A model generated the notes under the pieces. That model was not told where the DNA came from. It saw nothing but the letters and a program-made list of their open reading frames with translations, and searched no databases. Of a DNA stretch of 42,226 bases, positions 8,135-15,957 are shown one piece after another (within the stretch, counting starts at the first letter, position 1; every line of letters starts with the position of its first letter). The translations under genes were made by a program, and so were the position numbers. The stretch spans positions 1-42,226 of the forward strand of contig CAZLHU010000003.1 in assembly GCA_964559765.1 (NCBI GenBank), written 5' to 3'. This DNA is from an uncultured Candidatus Saccharibacteria bacterium (GTDB taxonomy: Bacteria > Patescibacteriota > Minisyncoccia > UBA6257 > Colwellbacteraceae).

Positions 8135-9349
8135 TCATTGGATCTTGCCGATGAGGCTGTAAATAGGCAGCAATACAGCCACGGCGATCCCTCCCACAGT
8201 AAGACCCATGAACAGTATAAGTATCGGCTCGATAAACGCAGTCACATCCTTGAGCGAGTCAGCCACTTCTTCGTCGTAGAACTCGGAGAATGTGCTAAGA
8301 ACCTTTTCCAGCGAACCAGACCTTTCTCCGACATTGATCAAGCTAGTCAGAAATTGCGGGAACAGTTTTCCGTGCGACGCAAGCGCCATATTCAGCGGAA
8401 CGCCGTTCTTAACCTGAACGATCACATCCGTTACCGCTTCCCTGTAATAGACATTGCTGACCGAATCGGCCGACAGGTTCAACGCCTCGATTATAGGCAT
8501 GCCGCTGGAGATCAGGTTCCCCAGAGTCCTAGTGAACCTGACCAATGCGATCTTCTTCATCAAACCCTTGATTATCGGTGTATGCATTCCCACAGCGGTA
8601 AATAGCTTCTGCCCCATGACGGTTTTCCTAAAATACACGAAGAACCAGGCTACAAAGAGTATGGCTATTATATCCAAAGCCGGACTGTAGAGCACGATAT
8701 GACTCAGGAAGATTATAAATAGAGTGATCCAAGGAAGCTGGTAGCCCGCTTGGGCAAAGGCCACAGTAAGCCTAGGAAGCACGAAGAACAGAAGAAGACC
8801 TACGACCAATACGGCGGCACAGATCAAAATGACGGGGTAGGCCATCGCCGCCTTTACTTTTTTCGACAGGTCGTAATCCCTAGACAGCTGCTTTCCTAGG
8901 TCGTCGAAGACCGCATCAAGTTTACCCCCGACCTCTCCCGCTTTGATCATGCCCACGAATATCGGCGGGAACACCTCTTTCATCTCCGAGAAGGTCGCTG
9001 AAAGCGACTGCCCGTTCTGCAGGTTATCCCTGGCCTTGGTGAGCAATTTCCTCATTATGTCCTTATCCGCGTCGGCGATAAGTATGTTTAGGGCCTCTAT
9101 TATCCCGAGACCGGCATGCAAAGCGGCTGAGAGGTTTCGCACCAAGGCGACCTGATCCAGCGGAGTGACCTTCTCAAAAAGGTTGGAAGACAGGTTCATC
9201 TTGCTGATAGCCACGGTCTTTTCTTCAACTGAGACGGGTATCAGGCCCTTTTCCTGCAGATATGTGACGACCGTCTTTTTGTCCGGCGCGTCATAATCGC
9301 CCTCCTCTATCCTGCCTGATTTATTCGATGCCTGGTATCTATATAGCAT
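8135..9349 (-). CDS. pilC: Type IV pilus platform protein PilC (T2SS F family, 404 aa)
   Basis: Duplicated T2SSF domains: AGEVGGKLD and VGERSGSLE, AMAYP, IEPILI motifs, three TM segments. Confidence 0.95.
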   Translation of the reverse strand: MLYRYQASNKSGRIEEGDYDAPDKKTVVTYLQEKGLIPVSVEEKTVAISKMNLSSNLFEKVTPLDQVALVRNLSAALHAGLGIIEALNILIADADKDIMRKLLTKARDNLQNGQSLSATFSEMKEVFPPIFVGMIKAGEVGGKLDAVFDDLGKQLSRDYDLSKKVKAAMAYPVILICAAVLVVGLLLFFVLPRLTVAFAQAGYQLPWITLFIIFLSHIVLYSPALDIIAILFVAWFFVYFRKTVMGQKLFTAVGMHTPIIKGLMKKIALVRFTRTLGNLISSGMPIIEALNLSADSVSNVYYREAVTDVIVQVKNGVPLNMALASHGKLFPQFLTSLINVGERSGSLEKVLSTFSEFYDEEVADSLKDVTAFIEPILILFMGLTVGGIAVAVLLPIYSLIGKIQ

Positions 9350-9370
9350 GTTCTTTTATGATAAAAACCT

Positions 9371-11083
9371 TTACTCCCTGACCACTCGGACGATTTCCTC
9401 TATCGTTGTGATTCCTTTCTCAACCTTAGTCAACCCATCCCTGAACATGGTCACCATGCCATTTTTTATCGCCGCGGTTTTTATGTCATTTAGCCCGGCT
9501 TGTTTCACTATTAGCTCTCTTATCTCCTCTGTAATCTGAAGAAGCTCGAATATGCCCACCTGCCCCTGGAATCCAGAATTGCCGCATACCTTACAGCCCT
9601 TGCCTCGATACATCATCTTAGGAACGCTTTCTTTGTCGATATCACCGGACAATTCCAATTGGGTCTTTACTAAATCTGCTATATCCTTCGTCGTCTTATA
9701 GGATTCGATGCATGAAGTGCATATCCTCCTGACCAGACGCTGTGCTAGGACTATGTTCAACGTCGATGCGAGCAGGAAAGATTGGGCTCCCATATCCGTA
9801 AGCCTGGGTATCGCCGAGGCGGCGTCGTTGGTGTGCAGGGAAGACAGCACAAGATGCCCGGTCAACGCAGATTGCACGGCTATCTCGACCGTCTCATTGT
9901 CACGAATTTCGCCGATCATGATAATGTCCGGGTTTTGCCTCATAAGACTTCTCAGGCCATTGGCAAACGTTATCCCGGCCTTAACATTGACTTGGGTCTG
10001 GTTGACTCTGGGGATCTCGTATTCTATAGGGTCTTCAACGGTCACGATGTTAACCTCCGGCTTATTGAGCATATGAAGAATCGCATAAAGCGTGGTCGTC
10101 TTGCCGTGACCAGTAGGGCCCGTCACCAGGAACATCCCGTGTGGTTTTTGTATTTCCGCATCGATTATCTTCGCCGCTTCGGGAGAGATGCCCAGCTCCT
10201 CGAAAGAAAGCGGTCTCGTGAGACTTTTTAGGAGCCTCATCTCCACCTTCTCCCCGTTCATCACCGGCATTATATTCACCCTGAGGTCGATCATGCCCTT
10301 ATCCCCGACCTCGAATCGGAAACGTCCGTCCTGGGGAACGCGGTGCTCATCGATCCTAAGACTGGCCAAAACTTTGACCCTAGCCACCAATATGGGCTCG
10401 ATCTCCTTGCTCAAGGTGGATATCTCGTGCATTATCCCATCGATGCGGTATCTTATCACGACCTCGTTCTGCAACGGCTCAAAGTGGATGTCGGAAGCGT
10501 TCAAATCGACGCCGTGTTCGATGATGCTGTCCAATATAGTGACGATCGGAACCGCTTCGGCCAGCTTGGCCAAATCGGCCTCGCCGCTTGCCGAGGCGAA
10601 TTTCTGCACATTCTCATTTATCAGTTGATTGAACTCACTGCCCACCTTCTGCTTGTACTGATTCAAGCCATATTTTAGGCTTACGGAACTCGTAAAATAG
10701 GGCTCGACCCAGGCGCCGAGATTGGCCCTCAGATATTCAAGGGTCTCGTAGTCCAGGGGGTCGGACATAGCGATCTTATAGACCTTCCTGTCCGCATCGT
10801 ATCCGAATAGGACCATCTTTTTCGCTTTGGCCGTAGCCTCCGGAATTAGATTAAGGACGTCTTCGGGAATAGTGACTTGCTTAAGATCGATGCCGGGAAG
10901 ATTGTAATAGCCCTCCAGGAGCTCCAGCATGTACTCCTCGGTTATCTTGCCTAAGCCGATAAGCACGTTGGCAATGGTCTGGCCCGACCTGTCCGATTCT
11001 TCTTTGGCCTCGTTAAAATCATTTTCGGTAATGACTCCGGATTTTAATAAGACATCTTTTAATTTTTCGTCGAAGATGGCCAT
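9371..11083 (-). CDS. pilB: Type IV pilus assembly ATPase PilB (GspE family, 570 aa)
   Basis: ASDIHFEP, PQDGR, Walker A GPTGHGKTTT, TVEDPIE, RQNPDIIMIGEIRD, TGHLVLSSLH, AQRLVRRIC..C and GC..C zinc motif. Confidence 0.95.
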   Translation of the reverse strand: MAIFDEKLKDVLLKSGVITENDFNEAKEESDRSGQTIANVLIGLGKITEEYMLELLEGYYNLPGIDLKQVTIPEDVLNLIPEATAKAKKMVLFGYDADRKVYKIAMSDPLDYETLEYLRANLGAWVEPYFTSSVSLKYGLNQYKQKVGSEFNQLINENVQKFASASGEADLAKLAEAVPIVTILDSIIEHGVDLNASDIHFEPLQNEVVIRYRIDGIMHEISTLSKEIEPILVARVKVLASLRIDEHRVPQDGRFRFEVGDKGMIDLRVNIMPVMNGEKVEMRLLKSLTRPLSFEELGISPEAAKIIDAEIQKPHGMFLVTGPTGHGKTTTLYAILHMLNKPEVNIVTVEDPIEYEIPRVNQTQVNVKAGITFANGLRSLMRQNPDIIMIGEIRDNETVEIAVQSALTGHLVLSSLHTNDAASAIPRLTDMGAQSFLLASTLNIVLAQRLVRRICTSCIESYKTTKDIADLVKTQLELSGDIDKESVPKMMYRGKGCKVCGNSGFQGQVGIFELLQITEEIRELIVKQAGLNDIKTAAIKNGMVTMFRDGLTKVEKGITTIEEIVRVVRE

Positions 11084-11127
11084 TTAATGTTGATAGATAG
11101 GCTGCCGCAAATGATCGCCTAGTTTTT

Positions 11128-11136
11128 ATTATATCA
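11128..11136 (-). promoter_or_regulatory. Extended -10 promoter (TGATATAAT) for pilB-pilC-pilin genes
   Basis: Exact TGnTATAAT on the minus strand 44 nt upstream of the pilB ATG. Confidence 0.6.
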
Positions 11137-11242
11137 GATAATCGGCCTATTAAGGACTGTGCGCCAAAAGTTAAATTAGATGGGTCCTATAGCCTAGGAG
11201 TCCACCTATAAAACCAAGGGGCGGTATCGTCACTTATACGAA

Positions 11243-11974
11243 CTACCAAACGGTACTTGTTGAAGGAAACAGTCTATTATCAGATCCGACTTGGTAGTAA
11301 TAAATATTCGGGGCACCGTCTTTGGCCGGCAGCCCACCGCCTGGGGCGGATGCTCCATACAGTGCGCTCTCGAGGACGGCTGCGATCTGGTATGCGTGGG
11401 CCGGCTTGGCGCTGTTTGAAGTTTGCGACTGGCAGACATAACGGTAGACCAAATCAGTACTGGCTGGCGTGGCATTAACGTTGGCTATGGTATTGACCGG
11501 GTCAACTGGCAGGTTAGATATAGGCGAGCCGCCGCTCAGACCAAGGAAGTTGACTGGGATCCAGCCCGTGCCGTCAACCGCAGTATACGTGGTCGAAGCC
11601 GCTTCAAAACAGAAGTTGGCCGGAAGAGTGCTGCTCACTGAGTCCGTGCCCATGTATATGGTCGCTCCACCGGTACATGTCGGAGTGCTGGTCGTATAGC
11701 CAACGCTGTATGCGATCGGTGTGGTTCCGCTTCCGCCCAAACATAGGTTACTAGTGCCGCCAAGTTGAGGAGTAGTGGTATTGGTCAGATATATGCCTAA
11801 AGCCGTCTTCAGGGTATTGAGGTCGGACACGCGCTGCGAGTCCCTGGCCCTCTTTAAGGTTTCGGCCGGATCCAACACGATGATCAATAGGACCGCCAAT
11901 ACGGCGATGATGGCGATGACTATCAAAAGTTCCAACAAAGTGAAACCTTTCTTGTTTGTATTTGCTGCGTTCAT
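11243..11974 (-). CDS. pilA: Major-pilin-like type IV pilin, downstream copy (243 aa)
   Basis: NKKG|FTLLELLIVIAIIAVLA, RDSQRVSDL, DGTGWIPVNF, NLPVDP motifs; four Cys. Confidence 0.85.
   Translation of the reverse strand: MNAANTNKKGFTLLELLIVIAIIAVLAVLLIIVLDPAETLKRARDSQRVSDLNTLKTALGIYLTNTTTPQLGGTSNLCLGGSGTTPIAYSVGYTTSTPTCTGGATIYMGTDSVSSTLPANFCFEAASTTYTAVDGTGWIPVNFLGLSGGSPISNLPVDPVNTIANVNATPASTDLVYRYVCQSQTSNSAKPAHAYQIAAVLESALYGASAPGGGLPAKDGAPNIYYYQVGSDNRLFPSTSTVW
11353..11974. repeat. 622-bp direct repeat, copy 1 (identical to 12207-12828, offset 854)
   Basis: No difference found on line-by-line reading; antisense ORFs in the track are also identical at offset 854. Confidence 0.9.
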
Positions 11975-12046
11975 AAACTATGCAAGTTAACTGTTAATAT
12001 AATGATATATCTAATCTGTGTATTTTAAAAAAGGTTATCAACAGCC

Positions 12047-12083
12047 AAAACAAAAACAGCCTCGGATACGCCGGGGCTGTTTT
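12047..12083 (-). terminator. Intrinsic terminator between the two pilin copies
   Basis: Minus strand AAAACAGCCCCGG-cgtat-CCGAGGCTGTTTTT-GTTTT: GC-rich stem with one mismatch plus U tract. Confidence 0.75.
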
Positions 12084-12105
12084 GTAACAATTCGATTTAG
12101 AGATA

Positions 12106-12828
12106 CTACCAAACAGTGCTGGTCGGAGGGGTCAACCTGCTGTCGGATCCAACCTGATAATAGTTGGCATTTGGTGCGCCATCTTTAGATGCCAAACCAG
12201 TTGTTCCTCCATACAGTGCGCTCTCGAGGACGGCTGCGATCTGGTATGCGTGGGCCGGCTTGGCGCTGTTTGAAGTTTGCGACTGGCAGACATAACGGTA
12301 GACCAAATCAGTACTGGCTGGCGTGGCATTAACGTTGGCTATGGTATTGACCGGGTCAACTGGCAGGTTAGATATAGGCGAGCCGCCGCTCAGACCAAGG
12401 AAGTTGACTGGGATCCAGCCCGTGCCGTCAACCGCAGTATACGTGGTCGAAGCCGCTTCAAAACAGAAGTTGGCCGGAAGAGTGCTGCTCACTGAGTCCG
12501 TGCCCATGTATATGGTCGCTCCACCGGTACATGTCGGAGTGCTGGTCGTATAGCCAACGCTGTATGCGATCGGTGTGGTTCCGCTTCCGCCCAAACATAG
12601 GTTACTAGTGCCGCCAAGTTGAGGAGTAGTGGTATTGGTCAGATATATGCCTAAAGCCGTCTTCAGGGTATTGAGGTCGGACACGCGCTGCGAGTCCCTG
12701 GCCCTCTTTAAGGTTTCGGCCGGATCCAACACGATGATCAATAGGACCGCCAATACGGCGATGATGGCGATGACTATCAAAAGTTCCAACAAAGTGAAAC
12801 CTTTCTTGTTTGTATTTGCTGCGTTCAT
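12106..12828 (-). CDS. pilA: Major-pilin-like type IV pilin, upstream copy (240 aa)
   Basis: Same prepilin motif and body as 11243-11974; own extended -10, A-rich leader and terminator. Confidence 0.88.
   Translation of the reverse strand: MNAANTNKKGFTLLELLIVIAIIAVLAVLLIIVLDPAETLKRARDSQRVSDLNTLKTALGIYLTNTTTPQLGGTSNLCLGGSGTTPIAYSVGYTTSTPTCTGGATIYMGTDSVSSTLPANFCFEAASTTYTAVDGTGWIPVNFLGLSGGSPISNLPVDPVNTIANVNATPASTDLVYRYVCQSQTSNSAKPAHAYQIAAVLESALYGGTTGLASKDGAPNANYYQVGSDSRLTPPTSTVW
12207..12828. repeat. 622-bp direct repeat, copy 2
   Basis: Identical to 11353-11974; identity stops exactly at the start codon. Confidence 0.9.
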
Positions 12829-12875
12829 CTTTTTTCTTTTCTTTGTTTGTTTTGTTTAGACTTTTATATGCTCTT

Positions 12876-12884
12876 AGTATAGCA
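12876..12884 (-). promoter_or_regulatory. Extended -10 promoter (TGCTATACT) for the upstream pilin
   Basis: TGn-TATACT 47 nt upstream of ATG 12828, followed by an A-rich untranslated leader. Confidence 0.6.
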
Positions 12885-12912
12885 AATACACCTGTCTTAA
12901 TCGAAATTTAGC

Positions 12913-12921
12913 TGTGGATAA
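12913..12921. promoter_or_regulatory. Consensus DnaA box (TTATCCACA on the minus strand)
   Basis: TGTGGATAA on + strand in the pilin upstream region; a 1-mismatch version lies at 12035-12043. Confidence 0.4.
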
Positions 12922-12967
12922 CGCCGTATCTACCCCTTAAACATATACCCAAGACGACTAAGGAACG

Positions 12968-14200
12968 CTACTTCCTTACGAACGCTTCCTTAGGTGAAAG
13001 CGAGCTTGCGCGCCGCGCTGGGATAAATCCGGCCAGTAGCCCGATTACAGCCGAAAAACCGACAACCAGACCGAGGAACCATATCGGGGATACGAACAGC
13101 GTAAAACCCGTACCTCCGTAGTGCTCAGCCAGAAGACTGATAAGTATGTTAAGCAACTCCCCTATACCCACGCCGATCGCGATTCCAATCACCCCTCCCG
13201 CAAGGCCCATGATTAACGATTCCATTAGAAATAGGCTGCGGACGTCGCCGTCAGTAGCCCCGATGGCCTTCATGACTCCGACCTCATACGTCCTTTCCAG
13301 GAATCCGACGATCATCGTGTTGAACATTCCGATGGCTGAAACGATTAGCGCAGCCACTCCGAAAATACCAAGGATGATCGTTATGATATTCGTCACCTGT
13401 TGGGCCTGCTGCACCAAATCAATGTGGGCGGATATTAAGAATCCCTGCCCAGTCAGCTTGCCCCGCAAATTTCCCAGTTCGGCCTCACTCGTCGCCTCCG
13501 CGTAAATCTCCTTGAAATACGGCGGGGCTTGTTTGAACGCAGTATTTGAAACCATGATGGTCGGCGATTCCGCATTATTGACCACAATTCCGGTTATAGG
13601 CATGGCGGTAGTGGAAGTTACTACGTAGGTCGAAGTGCCGTCGGCGGACGTGTAGAAAACGGTAACGCTTACCATCTTGCCAAGCGTTGAGACGCTGGCC
13701 GGAAGATTGATCAGGCGAAGCGCCTGGTTGGAAATCACGGCTCCTCCCGACTGGCCAAATCCCTGACCGATATCCGGCAAATCACCGGACAATTTGAAAT
13801 AATTCGCATCGGCTACGTCAACCAGCACCAGCCCCGAGGAACCTTGGGACATCACCGCACCCGGAAATTCAGCCACTGGGCTGACCTCTTTCACCAGAGG
13901 CAATGCGCTGGTGCTGCTAACCGTGGCCTGGGTAATAAGCAGATCACTGTCCGAGGGGTAAGAAGCCTCTATCGTGACGAGAGATTCGGGCGTTGTTATA
14001 AGTCTTCCGAGAAGAATGCCCTGCAATCCGTATCCGAGAGAGACGAGGACCACAACCGTTGCGATTCCCACCGACGTTCCTAGAATGGTGAGTATCGTCC
14101 TAGCGGGCTTTGCGAAAAAACTCCGCATGGAAAGGCGTATGAGGTCGCGCACGCTTAGTCGATTCGACACCTTATCTACTATTATTTCTTTCTGATCCAT
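12968..14200 (-). CDS. MacB/FtsX-like ABC transporter permease (410 aa)
   Basis: RTILTILGTSVGIATVVVLVSLG N-terminal TM, extracytoplasmic domain, GMFNTM...ERTYEVGVMKAIGA, C-terminal GFIPARRASSLSP. Confidence 0.9.
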   Translation of the reverse strand: MDQKEIIVDKVSNRLSVRDLIRLSMRSFFAKPARTILTILGTSVGIATVVVLVSLGYGLQGILLGRLITTPESLVTIEASYPSDSDLLITQATVSSTSALPLVKEVSPVAEFPGAVMSQGSSGLVLVDVADANYFKLSGDLPDIGQGFGQSGGAVISNQALRLINLPASVSTLGKMVSVTVFYTSADGTSTYVVTSTTAMPITGIVVNNAESPTIMVSNTAFKQAPPYFKEIYAEATSEAELGNLRGKLTGQGFLISAHIDLVQQAQQVTNIITIILGIFGVAALIVSAIGMFNTMIVGFLERTYEVGVMKAIGATDGDVRSLFLMESLIMGLAGGVIGIAIGVGIGELLNILISLLAEHYGGTGFTLFVSPIWFLGLVVGFSAVIGLLAGFIPARRASSLSPKEAFVRK

Positions 14201-14212
14201 GTTTTATGAAGA

Positions 14213-15514
14213 TTATACGGGAGAAAACGATCCGAGCTGCGGATGGCCATTGTTAAGTATGAAATCAAGCCTCTCTTTTATCCGCTCGGCCGTGTGTATC
14301 GAGAAGCCCAATCCGGCCTTGCTGCGAGGCAGGTTGAGTATTTCGCGCATGTCATCCGATGAGATCACCCCGCGAATGCGGTCGACTATGATTTCCCGCA
14401 GCTGCACGCTCTGAAGATCGGACAGTTCGCCCCTGTAATCGCTGACCAGCCAGGACTTGAGTTTCTCGACGTCATCGGCGAGAGGGGCCTCTGGATGCGT
14501 TTCAAGCTCTTTATACAGGCTCTCGACATCCCGTTTTTCTTCGATCACTTCTTCCACCCATTGGCTCACTTTGTTCGCCTTCTGCTTCCATAGCCCGAGG
14601 CCGTCGGAGTGCCACGGCCGACCAAGCATCATGCGGAATAAGTCGGCGTCTATCTTGTTTTCCAATCGCTGGCTGAGGAAGAACTCGAAGCGCTTTAGTT
14701 CCGGAGCCGAATATCCCCGAAGGAACAGGCTGGATAGCGCCTGAGCGGTCAATTGAGTCTTAGATAATTCCGGCGAAAGCTGGCTGTAGAGCCGCTGCGA
14801 AATCGTCTGGCCCACCTCCTTTGGACTGGAAGATTTATCCTCGGTTATAACTCCGTCTTTTATGAAGAATATTTTCTTGGCGTCCCTCAAACTCCACGCC
14901 TCGTGGGTGACCATAATGACCGTACGCCCGTCTTTTTCGTTCAGCTCCTTTAGGAAGGCAAGCACGGTCTCGGCGTTGGTGGAATCAAGGTTGCCCAGCG
15001 GTTCGTCGGCGACGATTATGGGCGGGTTGTTCGCCAGAGCCCTAATGATGCCGACCCGCTGCTGCTGTCCCCCGGACAGCTCGTCCGGGAAACGGTCGGC
15101 AAGCTGTTCAATGCCGACACGCTTGAGCAGTTCCATCGCCTCTACCTTGGCACGCTCCTGTGAAACCCCTAGGAACGACATCGGCAGGATTATATTTTGG
15201 ACAACGCTTAGCGATGGAATCAGGTTGAATTGCTGGAAGACCATGCCCACGCCCACCTGCCTGTATATAGCCAGCTCCTGCTTGGAAAGAGTGGAGATGT
15301 CGCGTCCGTTAATTATGATCTTTCCGTCCTGGCTCTGCTCTATTCCTGCGATCAGATATAGAAGGGTCGTCTTCCCGGAACCGGAAGCGCCGAAGAAAGC
15401 GACATACTCCCCGGGGTTTATGTCGAAAGATATGTCCTTCAGGGCAAGGTATTCCGATGGCTTGCCGTGCTCATACCAGAAGTTTACGTTCTGCAGTCGG
15501 ATTATTGGGTCCAT
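14213..15514 (-). CDS. MacB/LolD-like ABC ATPase with about 200-aa C-terminal extension (433 aa)
   Basis: Walker A GASGSGKTT, VFQQFNLI, LSGGQQQRV, ADEPLGNLD, VTH; extra sequence after about aa 235. Confidence 0.9.
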   Translation of the reverse strand: MDPIIRLQNVNFWYEHGKPSEYLALKDISFDINPGEYVAFFGASGSGKTTLLYLIAGIEQSQDGKIIINGRDISTLSKQELAIYRQVGVGMVFQQFNLIPSLSVVQNIILPMSFLGVSQERAKVEAMELLKRVGIEQLADRFPDELSGGQQQRVGIIRALANNPPIIVADEPLGNLDSTNAETVLAFLKELNEKDGRTVIMVTHEAWSLRDAKKIFFIKDGVITEDKSSSPKEVGQTISQRLYSQLSPELSKTQLTAQALSSLFLRGYSAPELKRFEFFLSQRLENKIDADLFRMMLGRPWHSDGLGLWKQKANKVSQWVEEVIEEKRDVESLYKELETHPEAPLADDVEKLKSWLVSDYRGELSDLQSVQLREIIVDRIRGVISSDDMREILNLPRSKAGLGFSIHTAERIKERLDFILNNGHPQLGSFSPV

Positions 15515-15528
15515 ATCGGTTATGCGAT

Positions 15529-15957
15529 CTATTTGGCGAGGAGGCGGCTGACGAGTTCGACTATGTCCTTGGGCAGATTCTCTCCCTTGCGCAGATATAT
15601 GTCGACGCCAGCCTCCTTGGCTTCGGCTTCAAATTCCTTTTCTGCGTGGTCGGAAAGCATGACTACCCTCGTCTCAGACATTAGCGGATCTGCTTTGATA
15701 CGCTTCACGAAATCGAAGCTGTATCGCGGGTCGATGACGGTTCGGCCGCCGACCTTCTTCGGCAGGGATAGGTCGAGGAACACTATGCTGGGTCGCGAGG
15801 CGGGATCGACGACTGTGCGTTCGGCCGCATCCAGATCCGCAGCCACGGAAAGTTCGCAGCGGTCTTCGAACCCGTAGATCCAGAATATGTCATGGAAATA
15901 TATCCTGATTACTTCGTCATCGTCGACGATCAAAACCTTTGTCTTCTTGTCTGCCAT
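15529..15957 (-). CDS. Stand-alone response-regulator receiver (142 aa)
   Basis: VLIVDDD, IVFLDLSLP (phospho-Asp), MLS, YLRK; no output domain; start overlaps the upstream stop (TAATG). Confidence 0.85.
   Translation of the reverse strand: MADKKTKVLIVDDDEVIRIYFHDIFWIYGFEDRCELSVAADLDAAERTVVDPASRPSIVFLDLSLPKKVGGRTVIDPRYSFDFVKRIKADPLMSETRVVMLSDHAEKEFEAEAKEAGVDIYLRKGENLPKDIVELVSRLLAK

Noticed and set aside
11243-12828. Diversity-generating retroelement TR/VR pair in the pilin tails
   Set aside because: Differences involve all four bases and a 9-nt indel, are mostly synonymous, and no reverse transcriptase is present in the window
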